64,000 nucleotides of DNA from Podarcis erhardii (taxonomy: Eukaryota), in NCBI GenBank assembly GCA_964252035.1, contig OZ176201.1. One strand, 5' to 3'. The position numbers were made by a program, and so were the translations under genes. Below the pieces are notes generated by a model that saw nothing but the letters and a program-made list of their open reading frames with translations, was not told the DNA's origin and did no database searches. Shown here piece after piece: positions 24,643-36,234 of this stretch. Position 1 is the stretch's first letter. Every line of letters begins with the position of its first letter.

Positions 24643-24855
24643 GGAGAGCCAGTGTGGTGTACTGGTTAAGAGTGTTGGACTGGGACCTGTGAGTCCCATT
24701 TGGCCATGCAGCTCACTGAGTGACCCTGGGCAAGTAATTTCAACTTAACCCCCCTCACAGGGTTGTTGTGGGGGTTAAATGAGGTGAGATAGAACCATGC
24801 GTGCCACCTTTAGCTCCTTGGAGAAAAAGGTGAGATACAAATGCAATGAATGAAT
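24643..24855 (+). mobile_element. tRNA-derived Squam3/MIR-like SINE
   Basis: GAGAGCCAGTGTGGTGTACTGGTTAAGAGTG head, CTCACAGGGTTGTTGTG core and (AATG)n tail. Confidence 0.7.
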
Positions 24856-25641
24856 GAAAAGGGTAAATGCACCAACCAGCTATCTTCCACTCCCACTGAT
24901 GTTCTGCAATATGCAAAGAGGGTGGTGGGAAAACTGGCTGTACATGATTACAGATCTAAACAAAGGTGTGTTCCTCCTCTTCAGTTCTCACCCGTTTTGC
25001 TGCTTTGCTTTTAAGGACAATCCTTTTCTAGGTTCATATCAGCCTGCCATGTAATGCTACATTTCACTGTGATCTTGGAGAACAGCCCTGTGTTACTTGT
25101 ATCTCACTTCCAACATGCTGCATATTAATTGATCCAACAAAGGACATCACTTTGTGCATGGTGTGCAAAGACAAACAATTTGAGTGAAGATAAAACAGAT
25201 GGTTCCATAAGAGAGAGAAAAGGACAAAAAGCCACCCAAGTCATTAATCAGTCTGACTTGAGGATAATTTTCCCTGTCACCTTAATACGGGAAGAAATTA
25301 GATCCTGAGCACCCAAGCAAGATCAAGCTGTGAAATAAAATTTAGTCTAGCATTACAACATTCATCATACTTTAAAATTGCAATAATCTAGAAAGGCAAA
25401 TGTAAAGCATCATTTTCCAACCTACTTGCATGGTCTCAGTACATCCAGACTGAGAATTTGGGTTTGATTAAGGATGAGGGAGAAGACTTGATTAAGTTTG
25501 TATGTAAGGTGAATATTCAGTAATTCACACTCCTTGGAACCATAGGCTAACAGAAACACTGCCATTGTTGAATATTTGAAGTTGTCTGAATTTTGCAGCA
25601 AAGTTCTCCAACCAAGTAATGTGCATGAAAAGGCATATTCC

Positions 25642-25676
<35 letters not shown>

Positions 25677-26266
25677 AAATGTGTATGCTAGTGAAAATAT
25701 CACTCAAAAATGCACTACATCAGATGAAATTGCTTATGTTAGGCAAGCTTATTTATAAAAACGTATGTATTAGAACGCTGATGAAATTTCTTGAGGGTTA
25801 AACTGCTCCCTCTGAACTGAACTTAAAATTGGAAAAACTGAAAAAACCTTAAGGCACATTCTTCTTGGATCTGATCTGAGGGGAGTGTTGAGTACTCAGT
25901 GTCTCAGTGCTAGGTTTTTATTTTGGTAACCTTTGGAGTTCCACCTAAATCAACAATTTCACATTTCTCTAACTTCAAAGAAGTAATGTGACGTGTGTGT
26001 GTGCGCGTGTGTGCGCCCGTGTGCATGCACCCACCTACAAGATTGGAGTCAGTCAATGGCAAAAAGTGTGTTTCTGTAGCTTCTTTCTGAGTTCTTGATT
26101 GTAAAATATTTTTGGCCAGAAGACCGAAGTTGGGAACAGGCAGAGATGCCGAACAACTCTGAACAAATTGTTTCACCAAACAACCCCTGCTGAAGACATT
26201 GCTAAGGCATTCAGACTGCCTCACTGCGTTTGTCTTTCAGGTTACGGCAAAGTTAATTTTAGCTCA

Positions 26267-26277
26267 TTTATTTTATT
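26267..26277 (-). terminator. DNASE1L3: Candidate DNASE1L3 polyadenylation signals (two overlapping AATAAA on the minus strand)
   Basis: TTTATT at 26267-26272 and 26272-26277 on +, about 175 nt after the stop codon. Confidence 0.55.
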
Positions 26278-26449
26278 TAACCTTGAATGCTTTTAACAAT
26301 AAAAAATAGTTTCGGTTTGCATATTTTTGGTGAAATAGGCCATATGGGAGGCCGACATACATCAAGGAAAAGGTCAAAAACTAAACCCACTCTTTTCTTG
26401 TGACTATACATCCAATTTCCTTTCTCTTCGGAGAACAGCAGTCTCTTGT

Positions 26450-26560
26450 TTAGCCCTGTTGCAAGAGGCGCCTACGATTGCTTGCTCTTGCTCGTCTTGG
26501 GGAATGTCTGCTGGCTCTCAGCTGGAACTCTACTGGAAAGTGATCGCTCACTGCTAAAGC
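26450..26560 (-). CDS. DNASE1L3: DNASE1L3 last coding exon (ALAVSDHFPVEFQLRASRHSPRRARASNRRRLLQQG*)
   Basis: 111 bp; ctgcag acceptor; SDHFPVE catalytic His; basic C-terminal tail. The eight exons sum to 897 nt (298 aa plus stop). The FLNB-adjacent, opposite-strand position matches the mammalian DNASE1L3 locus. Confidence 0.95.
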   Translation of the reverse strand, partial: ALAVSDHFPVEFQLRASRHSPRRARASNRRRLLQQG

Positions 26561-27574
26561 CTGCAGAGTAAGGGACACAATAGGTGGATTAATTGGACAC
26601 CCTGTCCCTTGCATACAAATATTTAAAAGCCATACTATGTTGAGTTATTGCCATTTGTTGCTATATGAAGCCACACAAAGATAGCCCCTAAGTGAGGTGC
26701 ATAGCCCTTATTCCAGGGAAGCCACCAATAAATCTGGCTGCTATGCTTTCAAACATCCAAAGCCAAATTGCTCAGGAAGGCTATGGATGCATCTGTCCGA
26801 CAAGCACACATATGGAATATGCAACCAACCTGAGAGCTCTACTACATTACAGCACAGGGAATAGATCGTGAATACTGCAGCACAATGCACTGTGTTGGTG
26901 TGAGTTTCCCCATGTGACATTAGCCTTCTTCGGGGAAACTTCTTGTGCATTCTGCCAATATGTGAGAAGGCTGTGCTGAGTAGTCCTGACCATGACATCA
27001 CACCCTAGATCCATGCTTGCCATCTGTACATCCTTCCAGTGGCATAGCATGGGTTGCCAGTGTCTAGGGCAAGGCAAGTATCCTTGGCACTGCCTGCCAA
27101 TAGGCTGTAGTGAAGGGGCAATAGCTTGGCAGCCAACCCAAGTGGCAGCCATGGCCAAGGGAGAATGGTCATGTTTCTAAAGCCCATGCAGAAGACGCCC
27201 TAGCAACCAGCCATAGCTCAAATCCTCTCCGCAGCCCATCCACATGAACATTGGGAGATATTCTGTGTTAGCAGGAGGGTCCACTATTTATTTTTTATTA
27301 ATATTTTTATTCCCTTTTGAAATGTTGTGCCCGGGGTAAGTGCCCCGTAGCTCCGCCCACACTATGCCACTGTGCCCTGCACAATCAGGATTCTAGATGC
27401 ACATGGGCTCCATTGCGTGTGTAGCAGCCTGCACAAAGTCTCCCCCCCTGCAGACACTCCTGCTGTGTGTGTACAGGAACATAGGATCAGACCACTGGTC
27501 TTTGTAACTCAGCATTGTCCCCACTGACTGGCAGTGGCTCTCCAGGTTCAGGACAAGAGTCCCCCCTAGTCCTT

Positions 27575-27714
27575 GGGCAGCTCAGTTGGTTAAAGCATGG
27601 TGCCAATAATGCCAAGGTTGCAAGTTTGATCCCCGTATAGGACAGCTGCATTGCAGGGGGTTGGACTAGATGATCCTCAGGGCTTTTTCCAATTCTATAG
27701 TTCTGTGATTCTAT
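27575..27714 (+). mobile_element. tRNA-Ile(AAU)-derived SINE with a CR1 3' tail, nested in a Squam2 copy
   Basis: GCTCAGTTGGTTAAAGCATGGTGCCAATAATGCCAAGGTTGCAAGTTTGATCCCCGTA aligns to vertebrate tRNA-Ile(AAU). It is followed by CTGCATTGCAGGGGGTTGGACTAGATGATCC...GATTCTA, which matches the CR1 tail at 58660-58730. Confidence 0.7.
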
Positions 27715-28683
27715 AATTATACGATACTGGGCCCCTCTGCATGCATAGCAGATGCTATGCCACTGAGCTCTATCTCCTCCCAGGGACACTAGGAGGCAGG
27801 GGCTAGTTGGAGTGCCCTATCAGTGGCAGGACTCGCTGACAGAGCATGTGGGCCATGTCACGGCTAAAAATTGGCTGCTGTTTCTTTAATGCTAAAAGGA
27901 CTAAGTCAGCATGAGTCAGCGGCCTACAATGACTCATGCAACCTTTCACCTAATTGTACCTGTATATACAGAGTGGTCAATGTTAGTGTTGGGTGTGGGT
28001 TGGTTGGATGGTAGAAAGCTGGTTGCGTTTGGTGTGTGTAAAAAGCTGTCAATCTTGATTGTGGTTGGAGAAGACGACTTTTAAAGAATAAAAGCAGCAA
28101 TACTCTGCAAGAATACTCTTTCTCAAAGACTCTTTTGTGCCAACTAAGGTCTGAGGATTAGGTAAAGGAGTAAAAAAGGAGGTCAGAACCTTTTCTTTTT
28201 CAAACACTGGCAGGCCATTAATCTAAAGACTGCCAAAGTACAGCTCTAAAGTGGCGTATTTTGTTATCAGCCACTGATGCAGCTGCAGGTACTACATAAA
28301 TCATGTTCTTGGCTCCTCAGTTGTTGGAGTTGTGTTACTCCAGCTGTTTACGCAGCATGATCCACACAGGTCTCTGATTTGCGTAGACAAACACAGTGGG
28401 GGATAAAGTGGTGGAAGTATGTTGGCTGTACACATGGCACACACCTGTCTATCTGTGCAGATGGGCCTGGAATTCTGTTATGCGATTCCCTGTATTTCTC
28501 AGCTCATGGTTCTTCCTGCTGCTCTGCTCTACCTGCTTGTTTCCCCTCGACTGGCTGCCTGCCTCTCTCACTGGTCTGCTTCCCCAGTTTTGGCGCAGCG
28601 CAGCTGTGGACTCAAGCCCCGGCGGATGCAGGACAAGAACGCAAAAACACTCCGCTTGTGTACTATTCCTGTCTTACACAAAC

Positions 28684-28780
28684 CTGTCCTTCAGTCATCG
28701 AAAAGGCCCTCTGAAAATCAAAGATGCCGGCTGAGTCTGGTACAACAGCATTTATGAGTTTCTCCCCACGGAGCACAATC
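28684..28780 (-). CDS. DNASE1L3: DNASE1L3 coding exon 7 (IVLRGEKLINAVVPDSAGIFDFQRAFSMTEGQ)
   Basis: 97 bp; ttacag acceptor and CAG|GTTTGT donor; phase is consistent. Confidence 0.93.
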
Positions 28781-30254
28781 CTGTAAGAGGCGAAAACAAG
28801 ACTACTGGGTGTTAGCCTGCTGTGCAGGAGGAGAATACATATGCTGCTGTCAGAAAGAAAAGGTGAGCGGGAGCATGGTGGGTTTTGATAGCACAAAGAT
28901 GAATTCGCAAGTGACCCAGAGGCAAGGCAAGGCGAGTTGCCTGCAAACTCCAGCAATTAAGCTGATCCACAAATAGCTTGTCTCTTAGTTGCTATTTCAT
29001 CTTTCCGTGGGTGGTAGAGGACGATGGAAAATGGCAATTTAACTGCCTCAATAGTGCATCAGTTTCCATTAGTCATAAAGCTAGGAAAAACAAAAGAATA
29101 ACCAATTAAAATTATCCCAAACGTAGTTGGTTCTCAAGTATTTCTGGCTGAGCTGTACAGATACAGGTAAGCTTTAGTGCTTGTTATTAGGACTGCTTCT
29201 GATATTCTTGTTCTGGTGTCAGCCTTACCTGGTAAGTCAAAATTCTGAGAAGCATGAAGGTTAGCCAGCTGCGTATCTCAGATCATGGATGGGGAACCTC
29301 AGGCCCGGGGAGGGGGAGCAAAAAGGCCCCCCTCCAGCCTCTCTGTCTTGGCCTTGGGACTCTTGCCAATTCACCACTGCTTAGGAACGCAGTTACTAAC
29401 CCAATGATACCAGCCTTTTTCTCCATCTAATTCTGCAATGCGAAGTCCTCTGGAGATCTTCAGGGACTGAACGTTTGCTCTCAGCTGGGTGAAGTTCATT
29501 CCACTGCAGGTAGGCTGCCACAGGGATACCCACCTGACACATTTGTCTGTGCAGTGCTTTGTGCAAAAAACAACCGGAGAAGAGCTTCCCCAAGCGATTT
29601 CTCTCTTTCTCCCAAACTGCCCGTCCTCACAGGACTATGTTCAGACATCACTAATCATCCTGACACTACCTGATGCACACTGCTGGGAAAGGAGGCTGGA
29701 TTGTGACTCAGAAGTACACTCCTATCTAACACAGCGCTTGCTTGCCAGCTGTTTCGGGAACAAGGGAGGGAGGTGATCTTGCCAAGGGTAAGAGCGTGGG
29801 CAGAGGGAGGGAAAGTGCTGTGCCAACAGCAGGGAATGAGCTCATTGTGAGCATCAGTATGTTCAGGTGATTATCCTGGCAGACTTCATGGAGGTCAAAA
29901 GTTTTCTGTCTGGAAAACAGGCAAAGGGCTTGCACAGGGAGGAAGACAATGTGCAACCCAGGAATGGTTGTGTTGCAAAAGCTGCAATTACCTTGTCCTT
30001 ACTGCCTCTCAGTGGGGGAATCACAGTGGTGGCTAACCTGCTTCCCTGCATCCCCGGATCACTGATGCAACATTTTGATTCTTTTGTAGACTTTTAAATA
30101 TTTTAGAATGGTTTCAGTTGTTCTCATTCTTTTCTTCTTGCATAGCGCAGTAGGAAGTGCAAGAATGATGGAATACAACAAATTAAACAAAATGTGTGCA
30201 ACAAGGCAGGTATGAAGTATGAGGTGGTGGGATTCAAGTTCACACAGTAGTACA

Positions 30255-30668
30255 TATAAGAACATAAGAAGAGAGCGCAGGATCAGGTGAATGGCCCTTT
30301 TAGCCCAGCATCATGTTCTCACAGTAACCACCTAGATACCTGTGGGAAATCTGCAAGCCCAAGAGCACTCTCCCCTCCTGCAGTTTCCAGCAACTGGCAA
30401 TTAGAAGCACTGCTGTCTCCAACTGGAGGCAGAGCATAGTCATCCTGACTAGCAGCCATGGATAGGCTTATTCCCCATGAATTTGTCCAATCCTCTTAAA
30501 GCCATCCAAGTTGGTGGCAATCATTGCCTCTTATGGGAGCGAGTGCCATAGCCTATCAGCTGTGTGAAGCAGTACCTTCTTTTATCTGTCCCAAATCTTC
30601 CAATATTCAGCTTCATTGGAGCTCCATGAATTCTAGTGTTGTGAGGGAGGAAGAAAAACTTCTCCATA
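30255..30668 (-). mobile_element. Old CR1-type 3' fragment
   Basis: (AAGAACAT)n tail and similarity to the 60.1-61.3 kb old CR1. Confidence 0.6.
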
Positions 30669-30688
30669 AAGCCCATTGTGCCTTGGTA

Positions 30689-31073
30689 ATTGTTGGCATC
30701 TGCCTGTCTTGAGAGACAATGGAGTGTGCTTCTTGGGGTGAAGTCAGTCTCGGGGTGTTAGCAGCACCGAAGTGACCTCCTGAGGCATAAACCTGGGCAG
30801 TATGTATGGAGGTCTGGGCTGCCCAGGTGACAAGATCCCCACCTGAGCCTCGGTGATGTGGTCCAAAGGGAAGTAGAGCAATACTTTGGGCATCAGCTTG
30901 GTTGCAGGAGCTACTAAAAGAAGACACCATCCAACCACCTTGGGGCCTCCTCTCTGGATTTGTGTAGGGTTTACCCCTCCCCCAAAGATGTCCCGCAAGG
31001 CAGCGGAGGTTTAGCAGAGTTTTCCTCCTCCTAGATGAGCTACCTTCCCAGGTTGACAAGCCCCATCTGCCCT
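30689..31073 (-). mobile_element. Probable non-autonomous RTE-derived element
   Basis: The minus strand begins with RTE-5'UTR-like TTGTCAACCTGGGAAGGTAGCTCATCTAGGAGGAGGAAAACTCTG and ends CCATTGTCTCTCAAGACAGGCAGATGCCAACA. A related end occurs at ~45395. Recalled similarity only. Confidence 0.45.
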
Positions 31074-31310
31074 TCACTTCCCTATACAGTATATGCAGAA
31101 ACCACCTTCTTGACTGTTGGACCCACTATTGGTCTCGTCTGCTCAATCTGCCAGAGCCTGTCTTCACATGCAGGGGAAGTCCCTAACTCACTGAGGGTTT
31201 GAGATAGCATTGGTATAGCTTTATTCTTCTGAGCCAAGGAACAGGAAGAATGTCTTCACACACTGTCACAAACAATGGATTTCACTTCCAAAATAGACAC
31301 CATGTGTGGC

Positions 31311-31548
31311 TTTTAAAAAAGGATTAGACAAATGAATGGCCATGATGACTATGTTCCACCCTTCACTGCTGGAGGCAGTATGTCTCTGAATACCTGCTGC
31401 CAGGAATTGTAAGTGGGGAGAGCGCTGTTGTGGTGAGGCCCTGCTTGTGAGTTTCCCTTAGGCATCTGGTTGGCTGCTTAGAGAACAAGATGCTGGACTC
31501 TGATAGGTTTTTGGCAGGACTCTTACGTTCCAGTGTATGTTCTTATGA
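31311..31548 (+). mobile_element. Old CR1-type 3' end
   Basis: TTTAAAAAAGGATTAGACAAAT...ATGTTCTTATG matches the tail of the same family. Confidence 0.55.
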
Positions 31549-31895
31549 AATAATGGAGCAGTGGAAGCTAGATTGGCTAATCAGCTCCAGTTCAGGAAAG
31601 CCACAGTCTCCAACTGCCTAGGCCCATTTCTTGCACTTGTCACAGATTGGTTATCCATTGATTAATAGCTGCATGTGATGTCACACAGGTAAGAGACCAA
31701 ATATGCAATAATTTATCCATGCATAGATAGCCCAGGTGCACATTTCCCCCCTCACAATATTAATGACCTGTTGTAAATCAACATGCATTTTGTTAAGGTA
31801 ACCAGCAGAGTTCTTCCAACACTGCAGATAATAGGTAGCTTAGCAGAGGCTCTAGATGGGAGGGTTCACAAGTCAGCTCTAAAACCAGCTGTTAC

Positions 31896-32053
31896 CTGTC
31901 ATAGGGGCAGCGGGTGCTGGCTTTCACCGTCGTGTCAGTTTTGTCATCAATCAGCCAAACAAATTCAGTGTGATTTCTCAGTCTGATATTCTTCCAGTGT
32001 TTCTTCGCAACATAGCCACAGCCAGCGTTGAAGTCTCCCATGAAGATGAAGTT
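31896..32053 (-). CDS. DNASE1L3: DNASE1L3 coding exon 6 (NFIFMGDFNAGCGYVAKKHWKNIRLRNHTEFVWLIDDKTDTTVKASTRCPYDR)
   Basis: 158 bp; ttgtag acceptor and AG|GTAAC donor; GDFNAGC and C.YDR active-site motifs. Confidence 0.96.
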
Positions 32054-32753
32054 CTACAAGGTGGGGCAGGAGATTGTGAAAAGACAAATTTGAAGAGACA
32101 GGATTGCAGAAAGCAGGGCAAAAAGGTATGACAACCTCCCCACCACTTGTTATTATTGGAAAAGTAAAGTGATCTATTTTGAGCTTCTAAGCAAAGGCGC
32201 CCTATCATGGCAGCAGGTGCACCCAGATCAGACTGGCTCACAGAGTCACTGATGAATTTCCCTGGGTGTGCCAACCGCATATGAGAATTATCTCAATAGA
32301 TCTTCAGGTGCAAAGAGATCTATGGGGGGTATCAGAGAAATGAAAAAGGAGAGGAAGTTAATGGTGTGTGATTATGAGGAAGAGGGAGAGATAAAATTCT
32401 GAAAGGACTTCATTCATTAGTACGGATGACAGGCAGTAGTAATCCTGTCTCCAGCAACATGGCTGGGCTGCTCAGAACAACCAAGCCACACTTTGACTAG
32501 GAGCTTTAGGAGAAGGGCAGTAGCTCAGTGGCAAGTGGAAGATCACAATCCCTTGTCTCTAGGTCTCTGAGAGAGACCCCCATCTGAAATCCTGGACAGT
32601 TCCTGCCAGTCAACACAGAGAATGCTGAACTAGATGGACTATTGTTCTGACTCAGTAGAAGGCAGCTTTCTAAGTTCTGATGTTCACAGGGGTGGGGTGG
32701 GCTGATATTCAGCACAACTTTAGCACAAACGCACCAAGGAAACAGCGACTGAC

Positions 32754-32866
32754 CTCAGACTTGAAGCGTTGTCTTACATCTAAGTACACGTCATAGAGTT
32801 CATCAATTTCCCGAACAGCCATTTCAGGTGTTGTGTGCAGAGGGATTATCACAAATTCCCTGACCA
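32754..32866 (-). CDS. DNASE1L3: DNASE1L3 coding exon 5 (VVREFVIIPLHTTPEMAVREIDELYDVYLDVRQRFKSE)
   Basis: 113 bp; cttaag acceptor and GAG|GTCAGT donor; catalytic His in PLHTTP. Confidence 0.95.
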
Positions 32867-34814
32867 CTTAAGAAGCAAACATTGAAAAATAAGATGACCA
32901 GCATTTCCAAAACTCACTCCCATCATGGTTAGAAAAACTGACAGATCTAAGATGTTTATTAGGTATATTGCCTTTTACAGGTCATGGATATTGGAGGGTC
33001 TTGAGTTAAGCTCATGTGGCACCTGAGCCTACCAAAACATAATAGTCTTTGTCTTTCTAAAGACAAAACAACGCCCATTGTCCATCTTTCTTCCAGTATC
33101 AAGTACATTAAAGTTTTGTAATTATATAAGAAGTTTGATTGTTAGGGCCCAGATTGGTTTCCAGATCTTAGCAGGCCCATTTTGTCTCCGATTCTGCTTA
33201 GCATCAATTTTCATGCTACACTTTGTACATACAGATCTACACCTCTTGAATAGTTTGCTCCTTCCTTCCTTCCTTCCTTCCTTCCTTCCTTCCTTCCTTC
33301 CTCTTGGTTTGGCTAACACAATGTGTACCCTACTTCCCAAACCAGTGATGGGAGTGCACAGGGTGCAGAGTAAAAGGGAGTATTTACACAGTTTTGGACT
33401 CTGCACTTCCTTTAAAGATCTGAGTGGGTTACAGATGCTTTCAGGTGGCCTTCCATACAGCTAAGTGCTCAGACCCAAGGACCACTTAGCATCTGCATTG
33501 GAACTGCTCTCACCAGCATATGGTCTTTTTTCCATTCAAGAATGTGTGTTGGGAATCCTATCCTTATATCCAATTTGAAAACTGGGATGAAAAAGGACAT
33601 CTTGATGTTGACATGTTAGCATTGCAAAATATGCATATTCCCAGGCCTGGATCAAGGGGAGGGGAAGGGAGCACATGCCCTGGGCAGCAGGTTGGGGTAG
33701 CGGCAAAACAGCATCCTGCCCTGCGGCACGGGAGAAAGAGGACAGGGATACACAATGGCTTCGGTACATGTTTGGTGACTCCTTATGGTCTGGCAGGCTG
33801 CTGCTGATTAGAAGGGCCCATCTCTTTGCCTGCCCCAGGAAGAGGAAGGTGAGAAGTGGCTGTGGGACAGGACATGAACCAGCAGGCTTTATTCTCTTAG
33901 TGGGAGACAACAGGGAAAAACGCTTTCTCCCCTTCCTTGTTGTCCCACTGCCATCACTACCACCACTGAGAGACAGAAGCCTGCATGGGACATAAAGGGG
34001 GAAAAGATTTTCTCTCATTGTGTCCTGTCCCCTGTCGGTGCCATCGAGAGAAGGAAGCCTGTGCCTCCGTCGTCCTCTCAGTGATGGCGGTGGAGACTAC
34101 ATGAAGCTGCAAGAGAAGGGGTGGTAGCAGTGCAGACTTTTGCCCCCTCCAGCAAAATTTGTAGACCCAGCCCTGCACATTATTGTATGGACCTTTAAGC
34201 CTCAACATATTAATGAGAATTAGAATTCAACCATTTAAATCATGTGCCACACTGCATTCCTCTTGCTACTTACTACCCTATCTTCAGATGTTTTCTATGT
34301 GCAGCTATCTAGCTCTAGGACATTAATCATGCTTAGAAGCCTAGCTTCTTGAAAATGTTGAAGTCAACAGATCTCATTGCAAAGTGCTTGGAGTTTTACA
34401 GTCTTGACTTATTTAATGTTTAGGACCTTAATTAAATTTGGCACAAATAAGTCAACGTGCGGCGAGTTCTGGATTATGCTTGTGGTTCTACAAAAGGCTG
34501 CAATCAAGGGTGGATTAATCATGAAGTTAAAGAAGCTGCAGAGTAACCTCAGCCAAATTGGGATTGAAGAGCTCTGTGGCTCACAGAATCCCATGAAGGC
34601 CCATAATGCATTTCCACTCCTGAAGCTAAGCAGGCTTGGCCCCATAAGCTGCCTAGACAGCAGGCCCTACATTAAGGCTTGCCATTCGGAGCTCATCAGT
34701 GGAGTCTAAAATAAAGATCTGGGGCTTCCCTAGTGCTCATCCTTTTCCTGTATCTCTGCTTGTGGATTATGAAACACGCAGAAGGAGGATAGTGCATGCT
34801 CAGCAATGTCTCAC

Positions 34815-34927
34815 CAGTTTTTGGAGAAGAGAACCAGACAACATAAGGCTCCCTGGAAAGTGCATCTTCGTCATCAGGCTGCAGATCGGGATACTGATAG
34901 ATTTGCTTCACTGACACCATTTTTGAT
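34815..34927 (-). CDS. DNASE1L3: DNASE1L3 coding exon 4 (SKMVSVKQIYQYPDLQPDDEDALSREPYVVWFSSPKT)
   Basis: 113 bp; cttcag acceptor and G|GTGAGA donor; SREP.VVWF motif. Confidence 0.95.
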
Positions 34928-36150
34928 CTGAAGTGTGAATTAACATACAGACAGAATATCAGCTCTATCAAATAGTTTAGACCTTTTAAAAAAAAATGTA
35001 TAGGCTGACTTTCTGTCCCAAGATCCACAAGGTAGCTAATAAGACTACAATCAACAATGAAAATGCCGCAAAAAAAGCAAGCTAGTTTTCATAATCTCAA
35101 ATTTTCTGGCTCAGTAATACAACTACCTGAAGCTATGAAATCCTTTCATGTTCTGCTGTATAAGTGGGGTGAAAATGCATTTCAGGAACAGAAAATCATG
35201 TGTTCAGAGTTATGTGGTGGTGGTTGTTTTTTGTTTTGTTTTTACAGAAGCATCAACCCACCACAGTCCTAAAAGACGGAAGCATGTATATATGAGAAAT
35301 GTTCAGAGCTTAATGCTTGGATGCCATGAAGCCAGTGAGATGCTGTGAGAGGGCAATATAAAACAAAAAGTGATGAAACAAGGGGATGTTAGTGCAGATC
35401 AGGGTTAGCCAACGTGGTGTCCTCAAGATGTTGTATGACGACTCCCATCGTTGCTGACCACTGACCATGCTGCCTGGGAGCTGATGGGAGCTGAAGTCCA
35501 ACGTCTGGAGGCTACCCTTGGTGAGGATACTTAAAGTAGTTTTGCAAGTTACTGTAGTTTTTTGCTTATTCATTAAAAAAGGCAAATGGGAGATACTAGT
35601 CTTTGGATCCAATAACATCCATATATCTGAAAGAAATATGAATACTGCTTCTGTACAGTGAGCAGCACTGGAAGAAATCCTTGTTTGACCAGTGGGCCAC
35701 CATGGTCAATGGGCAGTAAGGCCATCACTTCCAGGGTGCTCTATAGGCATTTTCCCAAGGGGAAGGAAGGGTTGTTTTGCTGGTTTCAGTGTGGGAGAGT
35801 CCTGCAAAATCTAATGCTTTCAAGTCATGTGTGAATGCGCCGATAGCATTGTGAGCACAAATCATCATGAATATGCAATAAAAAGGCTGTCTGGAGAGTC
35901 CCCCGGTATTACAGCTCGTATAACCACTCCCAAGTCTGCCAAGACAATCTAGATGCCCCAGAGGAGTCTTTTATTCTTATTTATTACCCAGTATCATCAG
36001 AGAGTACAGAGTTTAATATGTATACAAAAGACAGATCCCTTTCCCCAAGAGATATACAATCTAAACTGGGAATTGAAGGCTAATACACCAGCTTATTTTC
36101 TTGCAGTTTCCAAAGAATGCCACATGCAGAAAGTTTCGAAATGCACTTAC

Positions 36151-36234
36151 CTGTAGAAAAAAGCATATTGTTCCTTATAGGTCCTTCTTCCTAACCGATT
36201 GCTGACCACATAACTGTACTTTTCTTGCGAGTGA
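36151..36234 (-). CDS. DNASE1L3: DNASE1L3 coding exon 3 (GHSQEKYSYVVSNRLGRRTYKEQYAFFYR)
   Basis: 84 bp; ctccag acceptor and AG|GTAAGT donor; RLGR.TYKEQYAF.Y motif. Confidence 0.95.
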
